Positions 7,288 through 15,677 of a stretch of DNA of 19,332 nucleotides are shown here, in pieces. Each line of letters begins with the position of its first letter. Positions within the stretch are counted from its first letter, which is position 1. The notes below the pieces were generated by a model. It ran no database searches. It was not told the origin of the DNA and saw nothing but the letters and a program-made list of their open reading frames with translations. Both the position numbers and the translations under genes were made by a program. Origin of the DNA: a virus (lineage: Duplodnaviria > Heunggongvirae > Uroviricota > Caudoviricetes). The stretch covers positions 1 to 19,332 of the IMG/VR virus record IMGVR_UViG_3300045988_104087; one strand, 5' to 3'.

Positions 7288-7785
7288 TTAAGCCGGTACG
7301 CCGCCAGCGGTACGCCAGACGGTGACCAGTTTTTCCAGTGAATGCTCACGCTGACCGTAACCGGCTCCCGGCAGGGACGCCCAGATATTGCGACAGCGTG
7401 AAATGGCGCGCTCAATGCGTCCCGCCCGGATGTCATCCAGTGCACCGCGTTCGCGGATCAACTGAATGGCAAGTCTGTCCTGTGACAACGGACTGAAATC
7501 CGGCAGGGCAAGTTGTTTGCGGTAATGCGGCCAGAACAGGTAAAGCTGCTGATAGCGACCGGAGGCCGTGGATTTTTCACCGCGACGGTTAAACACCTTC
7601 GCTGGTCGACCATGTGCGAACGGGTGGTCACTGTAGTCGGTGAAAATTTCCGGCTTTCCGTCCAGTCCGGTGACTATCACGTCATAGCCCCGGTTTTTCG
7701 TCAGCGGATGGTTCGCCGTCCCTTCGGACACGGCCAGCATGTCGAGAAAGGCGGCGATATTCTGATGCGTGTTAATAACCGGCAT
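7288..7785 (-). CDS. K: Endolysin (phage lysozyme) K
   Basis: 165 aa ORF (MPVINTHQNIAAFLDMLAVSEGTANHPLTKNRGYDVIVTG...) recognised as the P2 K / lambda R-like endolysin family. Start overlaps the holin stop by one base. Confidence 0.9.
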   Translation of the reverse strand: MPVINTHQNIAAFLDMLAVSEGTANHPLTKNRGYDVIVTGLDGKPEIFTDYSDHPFAHGRPAKVFNRRGEKSTASGRYQQLYLFWPHYRKQLALPDFSPLSQDRLAIQLIRERGALDDIRAGRIERAISRCRNIWASLPGAGYGQREHSLEKLVTVWRTAGGVPA

Positions 7786-8066
7786 TACGGTTTCCCCCTG
7801 CCCTTAAAGCGGCGCTGAATGGCAATCTCAATCACCTGATAACCGGCGATACCCAGCATGGAGCCGATGCCGCACACCGCAGGCAGTGACAGGTCAGGAA
7901 ACTGCACCAGAACAACACCGGCAACCATCGAGACAAAACCACCGAGCAACATGCGCCCGATAAACAGACGCGGGGTGATGGGTTCACCACCGGCAAGCAC
8001 CTTGCCGACAACAATCAGCACCCCAATCATGAAAAGCGACAGGACGCTTTTTTCTTCTGCTGTCAT
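7785..8066 (-). CDS. Y: Holin Y
   Basis: 93 aa ORF with hydrophobic transmembrane segments and a charged C-terminus (..RRFKGRGKP), immediately upstream of the endolysin. Confidence 0.85.
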   Translation of the reverse strand: MTAEEKSVLSLFMIGVLIVVGKVLAGGEPITPRLFIGRMLLGGFVSMVAGVVLVQFPDLSLPAVCGIGSMLGIAGYQVIEIAIQRRFKGRGKP

Positions 8067-8069
8067 GCG

Positions 8070-8273
8070 TTACTCCCACAGATTGACAGTTTCAGCCACG
8101 GGCGCGGTCTGAACGTCGGGCAGTTCGACGGCGGTGCCGTGCGGCAGCACCGCGCCCAGTTCAGCCAGTCCCGGATTTGCGGCGAGCACGGCTTCGACCA
8201 CGCCCTCAGTGCGCCCGTAATACCGGACACAAATGGCGTCGAGCGTGTCGCCCTGTAGCGCAAAGGTCTTCAT
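8070..8273 (-). CDS. X: Tail protein X (LysM-like)
   Basis: Internal Met chosen (MKTFALQGDTLDAICVRYYGRTEGVVEAVLAANPGLAELG...), giving 67 aa. Its ATG overlaps the L stop (ATGA at 8271-8275). Confidence 0.8.
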   Translation of the reverse strand: MKTFALQGDTLDAICVRYYGRTEGVVEAVLAANPGLAELGAVLPHGTAVELPDVQTAPVAETVNLWE

Positions 8274-8782
8274 CAGATTTGACTCACGATGCAGCGCGGC
8301 TTGTCCTGGATGCGCGCCACTGCCCAGCGCATATCCCGCCACAGCTCATCAATGGTGCTGTCAATGCTGTCGGCCTTCTTGTCGCCTTTCGCACTGGCAT
8401 CCACACCGCGATAACGTTCATAAAGTGACGCGGTCGCCATCGCACACACGGCGCGCTCGTAGTAAAAAACTTTGATGCTTTCACCGTCGATGTCGTCCGC
8501 CGGGACGTCCGCCAGACGCGTAAAACCGGCAGCAATTTTCTGTTCGCGGTACTCGTACAGCTCCGCATTCGTTTCAGCCATGCCTGACTTGATGGCCTCA
8601 CGCAGACGGGCGGGGGCGACGCTCTGCTCAAGGCGCATACGTTCCCGGACGCGCTTCGGGTCGATATCGGGAAAAAAGAACGTGTTTTTAATCACCGGCT
8701 CGTCGCCTGCCGGTTGCGGGATGACCACCGTACCCTCACCGGATACAGGAGCCTCCTTTCGCGGAATAATCAGCGTCATCAT
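8273..8782 (-). CDS. L: Head completion/stabilisation protein L
   Basis: Internal Met chosen (MMTLIIPRKEAPVSGEGTVVIPQPAGDEPVIKNTFFFPD...), giving 169 aa, which matches the P2 gpL length I recall. Confidence 0.8.
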   Translation of the reverse strand: MMTLIIPRKEAPVSGEGTVVIPQPAGDEPVIKNTFFFPDIDPKRVRERMRLEQSVAPARLREAIKSGMAETNAELYEYREQKIAAGFTRLADVPADDIDGESIKVFYYERAVCAMATASLYERYRGVDASAKGDKKADSIDSTIDELWRDMRWAVARIQDKPRCIVSQI

Positions 8783-8881
8783 GACTACCTCTGAAAAGTC
8801 GGGCGGTGGACGCCGGTGCAGTGTCAGGTGATTCACCCTCACTGACCGGCGTGCCGCCCTGGCGCGGGGCGCATTCGGTTG

Positions 8882-9625
8882 TTAACTGGCTTTCTTTTTC
8901 GGGCGTCCACGTTTTGCCGGTGTCGCACTCCGGGTCTTACGCGGGGCGCGGGTGGCCGCTTTTAGCTGCGGCTCCGGCTTCGGTTTCAGCTCCCGCTCCA
9001 GTCGTTCAATCTCTTTTTTGACGCCTGCCTGACAGTCGAGCTGTGTCGCACGTTGCAGGTGAGCCAGCGCACCGGCGGCATCACCAGCGTCACGCAGAAA
9101 CAGACCGGTGATTTTGTGCAGCTTTGCGCGTACTTCATCAGGCATGTCAGCCGTGGCGGTCAGTTCGAGGGTGTCCGTCAGCAGGCGGGTATCCACAGAA
9201 TCACCGGCAGCGTGAGCGCGCATGGCCGCGAGCGCCACCTCCTCGGTGAACATGTACGGCGGGGTGCGGCGGTGTTTACCCGGCATGGTCAGACCGTACT
9301 TCAGGGCATAACGGGCAATCTCCAGCGCACCGGCAATATCGCCGGTATCCAGACGCCACAGCATGACCGTCATCAGAATGTCATCCTGTGCACCTTTGCC
9401 CTGCTCCAGCACGCCGTTCACCCACGGCAACCAGAACGGCAGCAGTTCGCGCTTTTTCGCGGCCTTCAGCTCTTTTGAATAAATCGCTTTCAGTGTGCGC
9501 TGGTCTGCGGCCAGCTTGACCAGCATCTGCTCATAGACAGTTGCATGTCGCAGCGGGGCGGCTTCCCGCTGCGCGGTCATCGCTGCCGAGACCCGCATCA
9601 TGTGGCGCTGTGCGGGACTCGTCAT
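8882..9625 (-). CDS. M: Terminase endonuclease (small) subunit M
   Basis: 247 aa ORF (MTSPAQRHMMRVSAAMTAQREAAPLRHATVYEQMLVKLAAD...) with a basic C-terminus. Recognised as P2 gpM family. Lies 4 bp downstream of N. Confidence 0.9.
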   Translation of the reverse strand: MTSPAQRHMMRVSAAMTAQREAAPLRHATVYEQMLVKLAADQRTLKAIYSKELKAAKKRELLPFWLPWVNGVLEQGKGAQDDILMTVMLWRLDTGDIAGALEIARYALKYGLTMPGKHRRTPPYMFTEEVALAAMRAHAAGDSVDTRLLTDTLELTATADMPDEVRAKLHKITGLFLRDAGDAAGALAHLQRATQLDCQAGVKKEIERLERELKPKPEPQLKAATRAPRKTRSATPAKRGRPKKKAS

Positions 9626-9628
9626 CGG

Positions 9629-10702
9629 TTACGCTCCCGGCTCTGCGGTCGCTTTAGCCAGTGTGGAGAAATCACCGACCTTAATTTTTTCCACCAGACA
9701 ACCGGCGGCGTAGTCTTCCACCACGTAATCAATGTTCATTGACTCGTAGTTCTCCACGCGGTCGAGTTTCGGGTTTTCCTCAATCACGCGGCGATGGCTG
9801 TCATCCATGTAGTAGATGGACAGGTTTTCCAGCTTTGTGATGAGCATCGCATCCGCCGGGAAGTACGGGACGCGTACCGCCGGCAGGTTACCGATGCGTT
9901 TCTGGCTGATGATGACGTCAGCGGCCAGCATTTCGCTGTTGTCCTGCTCCTTGTTGACGATGGGAAAATACTTGTCCGCCAGTAGCTGACGCCCCACAAT
10001 CACCACAAGGTCAGGGTCTTCCTGATACCACGGCTCAATCAGGTTGTTGGTCGCATCCATCACCAGTGCATCAAGGCTGGCATAATCACCGCCCTTACCC
10101 ACGCGGATAACCTCAGAGGTGGTGCGGCCTTCCTCGTCAGTGACCTTACTCATCACGCGCGCCGGGGCTTCATTGCGGTATTTCTGCAGCCAGCCGACCG
10201 CCACATCCTGCAGCATCGGATTGCTGCTGCGGTCAGAGGTTTCGGCACGCCTCACGCCGTTAAAACCGGCCATGATTAAATCAAGGGACTGGCGTTTGAT
10301 AATGGCGTTACGGACACGGAGCTGGAAATCCTGATAACGCGCCCACAGGTCCAGCGTTTTGTAGCGGATATAAAAATCGAAGTTAATCTGGTCGCATTCG
10401 TACTTGTTTGACGCCAGCTTCGAGAAGTCCTTCGGCTGACGCTCGGTGCCACCGGCGGTGTCGGTGGTGCTGGCGATGGAGCCGGTGACACCGATGCCAA
10501 TTTTTTCCCCTTTCATTTCGCTGACCGGCACAATGTTGATGCGGGTCAGAAAGTCAGAGGACTCCTGCATGGTGTTCATCAGGGTCTGGGTGACCGACGG
10601 TTCAACGGTGAATTTTTTCGACACATCACCGGCGTCGATGCCGTTCAGTTCGGCAACACGGGACAGGTAGGCATTAAATTTAAAGCGGGTTTCCTGGCGC
10701 AT
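9629..10702 (-). CDS. N: Major capsid protein N
   Basis: 357 aa ORF (MRQETRFKFNAYLSRVAELNGIDAGDVSKKFTVEPSVTQT...) recognised as the P2 gpN major capsid precursor. Confidence 0.95.
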   Translation of the reverse strand: MRQETRFKFNAYLSRVAELNGIDAGDVSKKFTVEPSVTQTLMNTMQESSDFLTRINIVPVSEMKGEKIGIGVTGSIASTTDTAGGTERQPKDFSKLASNKYECDQINFDFYIRYKTLDLWARYQDFQLRVRNAIIKRQSLDLIMAGFNGVRRAETSDRSSNPMLQDVAVGWLQKYRNEAPARVMSKVTDEEGRTTSEVIRVGKGGDYASLDALVMDATNNLIEPWYQEDPDLVVIVGRQLLADKYFPIVNKEQDNSEMLAADVIISQKRIGNLPAVRVPYFPADAMLITKLENLSIYYMDDSHRRVIEENPKLDRVENYESMNIDYVVEDYAAGCLVEKIKVGDFSTLAKATAEPGA

Positions 10703-10760
10703 AGTTTTTCCTGAAATTAAGGGTTAATCGTGAAGGTTTTCCCGGACTGACTGACGCCGG

Positions 10761-11615
10761 TCAGCAGTTCGTCATCAGGGCGTCACCGCCACCACCGGTG
10801 GCCTTGCTGCGGCGCTGCTGGGTCAGACTTTCGGTGTGGTCGAGACTGTTTTTCAGGCGGGTGAATGCCTGGCTGGTTTCATCCGCCCTGTCAGTCACAT
10901 CCTGCTTAAGTGCGGAAAAAGCGGTTTCCATCTCAGCGAGGCGCTGCTCAGTGGCGCTCAGTTTTTCCTGCACATGTTCAGCAACAGCGGTCACCGCTTC
11001 ATGCACGTCATTCAGACGGGCGTCATCGCTGGCCTGTTTGCGGCCAAAAATGGATTTCACCTTTTCGGTCAGGGCGGTGAACACGGTTTCAGGCAGGTCT
11101 TCAAATTCCAGCTCAACGGGCGTTGCCACTGAAATCAGGTTTTCAGGGCTTAATTTGAAGCGGTTCAGGGGGTTGTGTTTTGCCGTGCGGCAGAATTCCA
11201 GGTATTCCGTGCCGAGGCTTGCCGGGTCATCGGTGACGGCCAGACCCACCAGATAACATTTGCCGGTATTGGCAAAGTTCGGCTGAATTTCCATTGAGGT
11301 ATAGACCTTCTGCGCGGCCTTGTTCATCGCGATAAGGTCATCGGTCGGGGTGATTTTCGCAAACAGCGCCCATTTGCCTTTCAGCGCCGAATCATCGTCA
11401 ATCTTTTCGGCCTTCAGTTCGACCACATCGCCATAACGCTTAAAAATACCGTCAGGCAGGACGCCGCGCAGATGTTCCAGGTTAATGCGGCAACCATAGA
11501 CTCGCGGGTCAAAGGTTTCGGCCATTTCCTGAATATCCTGCGCACTGATGACACGCCCGTCACAGGTGTCACCCTCAACGCCGATACGAAAGAATTTTGA
11601 GACTTTTTTTGCCAT
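10761..11615 (-). CDS. O: Capsid scaffolding protein O
   Basis: Internal Met chosen (MAKKVSKFFRIGVEGDTCDGRVISAQDIQEMAETFDPRVYG...), giving 284 aa, which matches the P2 gpO length I recall. The 306 aa version in the ORF track probably over-extends the N-terminus. Confidence 0.85.
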   Translation of the reverse strand: MAKKVSKFFRIGVEGDTCDGRVISAQDIQEMAETFDPRVYGCRINLEHLRGVLPDGIFKRYGDVVELKAEKIDDDSALKGKWALFAKITPTDDLIAMNKAAQKVYTSMEIQPNFANTGKCYLVGLAVTDDPASLGTEYLEFCRTAKHNPLNRFKLSPENLISVATPVELEFEDLPETVFTALTEKVKSIFGRKQASDDARLNDVHEAVTAVAEHVQEKLSATEQRLAEMETAFSALKQDVTDRADETSQAFTRLKNSLDHTESLTQQRRSKATGGGGDALMTNC

Positions 11616-11788
11616 TGTCAGGAGTCCTGAATAGTGATTAGAGGAGTCACATGTCGGCATCAGTTTCCCGACGATGCGCATCCTCCGCCATCAGTCCCGG
11701 ATGGCTTATCACTGACACAACAGCACCTTAGCGAATCGCGGGGCGCGACTCAGTAGCCTTGCCGTGTATTCATCACGGCGAGGTATTC
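11616..11788. promoter_or_regulatory. Divergent O/P intergenic region; expected site of the two late promoters
   Basis: 173 bp non-coding gap between the divergently transcribed O (minus) and P (plus) genes. Contains the inverted repeat CCGTG-N7-CACGG at 11762-11778 and a GAGG Shine-Dalgarno before the P ATG. The promoters themselves were not mapped. Confidence 0.4.
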
Positions 11789-13561
11789 ATGACCATCACC
11801 ACAGACACCACTCTTTTACACGACCCGCGTCGTCAGGCGGCGCTGCTGTACTGGCAGGGATTTTCCGTGCCGCAGATTGCCGCCATGTTGCAGATGAAAC
11901 GCCCGACGGTGCAGAGCTGGAAACAGCGCGACGGCTGGGACAGCGTTGCCCCCATCAGCCGTGTCGAAATGAGTCTGGAAGCGCGGCTGACCCAGCTCAT
12001 CATCAAACCGCAGAAAACCGGCGGTGACTTCAAGGAAATTGACCTGCTCGGACGCCAGATTGAACGACTGGCACGGGTAAACCGTTACAGTCAGACCGGC
12101 AACGAGGCAGACCTTAATCCGAACGTCGCTAACCGCAACAAAGGCGGGCGGCGCAAACCGAAAAAGAATTTTTTCAGTGACGAGGCCATCGAAAAGCTGG
12201 AGCAGATTTTCTTTGAGCAGTCTTTCGAATATCAGTTGCACTGGTATCGCGCCGGGCTTGAGCACCGCATCCGCGATATCCTGAAATCCCGCCAGATTGG
12301 CGCAACGTTTTATTTTTCCCGCGAGGCGCTGCTGCGCGCCCTGAAAACCGGCCATAACCAGATTTTTCTGTCGGCCAGTAAAACGCAGGCGTATGTGTTC
12401 CGCGAATACATCATCGCCTTTGCCCGTCTGGTTGACGTTGACCTGACCGGTGACCCGATTGTCCTGGGCAATAACGGCGCAAAACTGATTTTTCTCGGCA
12501 CCAACTCCAACACCGCGCAGAGCCATAACGGCGACCTGTACGTCGACGAGATTTTCTGGATCCCGAATTTTCAGGTACTGCGTAAGGTGGCATCAGGTAT
12601 GGCCTCACAGAGCCACCTGCGCTCGACCTATTTCTCCACCCCGTCCACGCTGGCGCACGACGCCTACCCGTTCTGGTCGGGTGAACTGTTTAACCGGGGA
12701 CGCGCCAGCGCCGCCGAACGCGTGGAAATCGACGTCAGTCATAACGCCCTTGCCGGAGGTCTTCTCTGTGCGGACGGCCAGTGGCGGCAGATTGTCACCA
12801 TTGAGGACGCCCTGAAAGGCGGCTGCACGCTGTTCGACATTGAGCAGCTCAAACGTGAAAACAGCGCCGACGATTTTAAAAACCTGTTCATGTGTGAATT
12901 TGTTGACGACAAGGCGTCGGTGTTCCCGTTCGAGGAGCTGCAACGCTGCATGGTCGACACGCTGGAAGAATGGGAAGACTATGCGCCGTTTGCCGCCAAT
13001 CCGTTCGGCTCCCGCCCGGTCTGGATTGGTTACGACCCGTCACACCGTGGCGACAGCGCCGGATGCGTGGTACTGGCACCGCCGGTGGTGGCCGGTGGCA
13101 AATTCAGAATACTTGAGCGTCACCAGTGGAAAGGCATGGACTTTGCCACTCAGGCGGAATCCATCCGCAAACTCACCGAAAAATACAACGTCGAATACAT
13201 CGGAATTGATGCCACCGGCCTCGGTGTCGGCGTGTTCCAGCTCGTGCGCTCGTTCTATCCCGCCGCGCGCGATATCCGCTACACGCCGGAAATGAAAACC
13301 GCAATGGTGCTCAAGGCAAAAGACGTTATCCGCCGTGGCTGTCTGGAATATGACGTCAGCGCCACCGACATCACCAGCTCGTTCATGGCTATCCGCAAGA
13401 CCATGACCAGCAGCGGACGCAGCGCCACCTATGAGGCCAGCCGCAGCGAGGAAGCCAGCCACGCCGACCTCGCCTGGGCGACCATGCACGCCCTGTTAAA
13501 TGAGCCACTCACCGCCGGTATCAGCACCCCGCTGACATCCACCATTCTGGAGTTTTACTGA
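11789..13561 (+). CDS. P: Terminase ATPase (large) subunit P
   Basis: The ORF track shows 600 aa from 11759. I chose the Met at 11789 (MTITTDTTLLHDPRRQAALLYWQGFSVPQIAAMLQ...), giving 590 aa, with GAGG five bases upstream. Stop overlaps the Q start (TGATG). Confidence 0.9.
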   Translation: MTITTDTTLLHDPRRQAALLYWQGFSVPQIAAMLQMKRPTVQSWKQRDGWDSVAPISRVEMSLEARLTQLIIKPQKTGGDFKEIDLLGRQIERLARVNRYSQTGNEADLNPNVANRNKGGRRKPKKNFFSDEAIEKLEQIFFEQSFEYQLHWYRAGLEHRIRDILKSRQIGATFYFSREALLRALKTGHNQIFLSASKTQAYVFREYIIAFARLVDVDLTGDPIVLGNNGAKLIFLGTNSNTAQSHNGDLYVDEIFWIPNFQVLRKVASGMASQSHLRSTYFSTPSTLAHDAYPFWSGELFNRGRASAAERVEIDVSHNALAGGLLCADGQWRQIVTIEDALKGGCTLFDIEQLKRENSADDFKNLFMCEFVDDKASVFPFEELQRCMVDTLEEWEDYAPFAANPFGSRPVWIGYDPSHRGDSAGCVVLAPPVVAGGKFRILERHQWKGMDFATQAESIRKLTEKYNVEYIGIDATGLGVGVFQLVRSFYPAARDIRYTPEMKTAMVLKAKDVIRRGCLEYDVSATDITSSFMAIRKTMTSSGRSATYEASRSEEASHADLAWATMHALLNEPLTAGISTPLTSTILEFY

Positions 13562-14595
13562 TGAGCAAGAAAAAAGGGAAAACACCGCAACCTGCGGCAA
13601 AAACAATGACCGCCAGCGCCCCGAAAATGGAGGCATTCACCTTTGGTGAGCCGGTGCCGGTACTCGACCGCCGTGACATTCTGGATTACGTCGAGTGCAT
13701 CAGTAACGGCAGATGGTATGAGCCGCCGGTCAGCTTTACCGGTCTGGCAAAAAGCCTGCGTGCTGCCGTGCATCACAGCTCACCGATTTACGTTAAACGC
13801 AATATTCTGGCCTCGACATTTATCCCGCATCCGTGGCTTTCGCAACAGGATTTCAGCCGCTTTGTGCTGGATTTTCTGGTGTTCGGTAATGCGTTTCTGG
13901 AAAAGCGTTACAGCACCACCGGTAAGGTCATCAGACTGGAAACCTCACCGGCAAAATATACCCGCCGTGGCGTGGAGGAGGATGTTTACTGGTGGGTGCC
14001 GTCCTTCAACGAGCCGACACCTTTCACGCCCGGCTCAGTATTTCACCTGCTGGAGCCCGATATTAATCAGGAGCTGTACGGCCTGCCGGAATATCTCAGC
14101 GCCCTTAACTCTGCCTGGCTGAATGAATCGGCCACACTGTTCCGCCGCAAGTATTACGAAAATGGCGCACATGCCGGATACATCATGTACGTCACCGATG
14201 CCGTGCAGGATCGCAACGATATCGAAATGCTTCGCGAAAACATGGTCAAGTCGAAAGGCCGCAACAACTTTAAAAATCTGTTTCTCTATGCCCCGCAGGG
14301 GAAAGCCGACGGCATTAAAATTATCCCGCTCAGTGAAGTGGCAACGAAGGACGTTTTTTTTAATATCAAAAAAGCCAGCGCCGCTGACCTGCTGGACGCG
14401 CACCGCATCCCCTTTCAGTTGATGGGCGGCAAGCCGGAGAACGTCGGGTCGCTGGGTGATATTGAGAAAGTGGCAAAGGTCTTTGTCCGCAATGAGCTTA
14501 TCCCGTTACAGGACAGGATCCGCGAGATAAACGGCTGGCTCGGTCAGGAGGTCATCCGCTTTAAAAACTACTCACTGGACACTGACAACGGCTGA
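13561..14595 (+). CDS. Q: Portal protein Q
   Basis: 344 aa ORF (MSKKKGKTPQPAAKTMTASAPKMEAFTFGEPVPVLDRRD...) recognised as the P2 gpQ portal family. Last gene before cos. Confidence 0.9.
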   Translation: MSKKKGKTPQPAAKTMTASAPKMEAFTFGEPVPVLDRRDILDYVECISNGRWYEPPVSFTGLAKSLRAAVHHSSPIYVKRNILASTFIPHPWLSQQDFSRFVLDFLVFGNAFLEKRYSTTGKVIRLETSPAKYTRRGVEEDVYWWVPSFNEPTPFTPGSVFHLLEPDINQELYGLPEYLSALNSAWLNESATLFRRKYYENGAHAGYIMYVTDAVQDRNDIEMLRENMVKSKGRNNFKNLFLYAPQGKADGIKIIPLSEVATKDVFFNIKKASAADLLDAHRIPFQLMGGKPENVGSLGDIEKVAKVFVRNELIPLQDRIREINGWLGQEVIRFKNYSLDTDNG

Positions 14596-14600
14596 ATATC

Positions 14601-14622
14601 GCCGCCTGCGGGCGGCTTTTTT
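14601..14622 (+). terminator. Intrinsic terminator after Q
   Basis: GCCGCC-(TGCG)-GGCGGC hairpin followed by TTTTTT, immediately 3' of the Q stop codon. Confidence 0.5.
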
Positions 14623-14764
14623 ACAACCCGCCATCACGCCCTCACACGCTCACCACCGCACAAAATAGCCCGCAGACACACCAACGCCCCTGCAGGCCGA
14701 CTAAATGCCATCACGACGCGCTCAGACGCTGAAAAAATAAAATCAGCACCACCGCCAGCGCGCA

Positions 14765-14783
14765 GTGCTTTCCCCGCCTCGCC
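14765..14783. other. cos site (19-nt cohesive-end sequence of P2-type phages)
   Basis: GTGCTTTCCCCGCCTCGCC at 14765-14783 is the reverse complement of GGCGAGGCGGGGAAAGCAC, which I recall as the P2 cohesive end. It lies about 170 bp past the Q stop, where cos is expected. Confidence 0.6.
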
Positions 14784-15183
14784 CGCCCGCTTCACGGGGC
14801 GGTTTTAATGCAGTTGCATAGATACTATGGATCCGCACCAGTCCTGACCGCACGCAGCCTGAACGGACATCCCCAACGCATGCAAAAACATTCACTTGTT
14901 GCATGCATAGCTTTTTAAGTACGCCATACCGCAACTGTACATTTTTAAGCAATTGGCAACTTTAAAAAATTTACATTGCTTTCAAGACCTTATCATCCGT
15001 AGTCTCTGTTTTTTACTTTGAGCTACATCAATAAAATCTCAAACATGTTTAATGCAAAGCCCTTGTTACACAACATAGAATGTATGTCTAGAAACAACGA
15101 CATACTATATGTTGTGTTTTTCCGGTTCTCTGTTCGGTGATATGCCAAATCACTTTGCGTTTAAACAGAGCATTATTTCAGGG

Positions 15184-15198
15184 CAAGACTTCGCTCAA
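15184..15198. repeat. Direct repeat CAAGACTTCGCTCAA, copy 1
   Basis: Exact 15-mer, repeated at 15448-15462. The two copies bracket the small peptide gene and its terminator. Confidence 0.6.
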
Positions 15199-15261
15199 AA
15201 GTCATTCCACCTAAGAAGCGCATATACCGGTGGAAGTTGCCCTCTACTTACAGGAGGCAAT

Positions 15262-15375
15262 ATGAAGAAATGCTATTACTGCATTCTCGTTCTGGCCCTC
15301 TTTGGCTATCCAAACGGTAGTCCGAGTGGTTTGTCAGTAAACGTCAGTAATATCAATGTCAGCATTATGCTTTAA
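15262..15375 (+). CDS. Small hydrophobic peptide (37 aa), hypothetical
   Basis: ATG at 15262 preceded by a strong Shine-Dalgarno AGGAGG at 15252-15257 (4-nt spacer). Product MKKCYYCILVLALFGYPNGSPSGLSVNVSNINVSIML, stop TAA. A strong terminator follows 20 bp downstream. The 88-codon frame from 15109 has no ribosome-binding site. Confidence 0.35.
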   Translation: MKKCYYCILVLALFGYPNGSPSGLSVNVSNINVSIML

Positions 15376-15394
15376 TATGCTTCAAACAAAAAAA

Positions 15395-15417
15395 CCACCT
15401 GCCAGGGTGGTTTTTTT
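15395..15417. terminator. Intrinsic terminator, possibly bidirectional
   Basis: A-run (15388-15394), then CCACC-(TGCCAG)-GGTGG hairpin, then TTTTTTT (15411-15417). The flanking A and T tracts allow termination in either direction. Confidence 0.6.
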
Positions 15418-15447
15418 GCGCCCATCATCAATACGATGAAAGACTGA

Positions 15448-15462
15448 CAAGACTTCGCTCAA
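15448..15462. repeat. Direct repeat CAAGACTTCGCTCAA, copy 2
   Basis: Exact copy of the 15-mer at 15184-15198, about 31 bp downstream of the terminator. Confidence 0.6.
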
Positions 15463-15677
15463 GACGAATTATGCGTCGACATAAGGTTACCCGCAATGAT
15501 TTTATTAGACTAAATGGATGGCCTTTTATGACCCGGATCAAACGGCTGTCCTTACCGACATGCTAGTCACTCAATAGCATTTAGCCTTCTAATTCAGCAT
15601 GCTATTGACCTTCTGCTGCCCCATAACTGCTCCGCATAAGCCATTCAATGCCATATCAAATTACGTTGTGTTTTTAC

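Noticed and set aside
8284-8631. Minus-strand ORF (115 aa), Arg/Ser-rich, inside L in another frame
   Set aside because: Alternative frame of a recognised gene with low-complexity composition. Likely spurious.
8783-8842. N-terminal extensions of L (189 aa), X (90 aa, to 8342), O (306 aa, to 11681), P (600 aa, from 11759) and A (772 aa, to 17996)
   Set aside because: In each case an internal Met yields the conserved N-terminus and the expected family length, and gives a tight start/stop overlap with the upstream gene. Coordinates here show the L case as an example.
9053-9478. Plus-strand ORF (141 aa) antisense to M
   Set aside because: Antisense to the small terminase gene, with no signals.
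10798-11256. Plus-strand ORFs (152 and 98 aa) antisense to O
   Set aside because: Antisense to the scaffold gene. Ser/Arg-rich composition typical of spurious frames.
11816-12526. Minus-strand ORF (236 aa) inside P
   Set aside because: Antisense to the large terminase gene, which is strongly supported.
13643-14122. Plus-strand ORF (159 aa) inside Q in another frame
   Set aside because: Alternative frame of the portal gene with no start signals.
14743-14952. Minus-strand ORF (69 aa) spanning the cos site
   Set aside because: Overlaps the cos sequence and has no ribosome-binding site. Gly/Arg-rich composition looks non-coding.
15109-15261. Longer 88-codon version of the small peptide ORF
   Set aside because: No ribosome-binding site at 15109, whereas the internal ATG at 15262 has a perfect AGGAGG. 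Only the 37-codon version is reported.
15559-15614. Imperfect short direct repeats (CATGCTAGTCAC / CATGCTATTGAC and CCTTCT) just downstream of gene A
   Set aside because: Only 10 of 12 identity over short units. Could be iteron-like, but not distinguishable from chance without comparative data.
15111-15675. 11-bp direct repeat GTTGTGTTTTT (15111-15121 and 15665-15675)
   Set aside because: T-rich 11-mer in AT-rich DNA. A chance repeat is plausible at this length and spacing.
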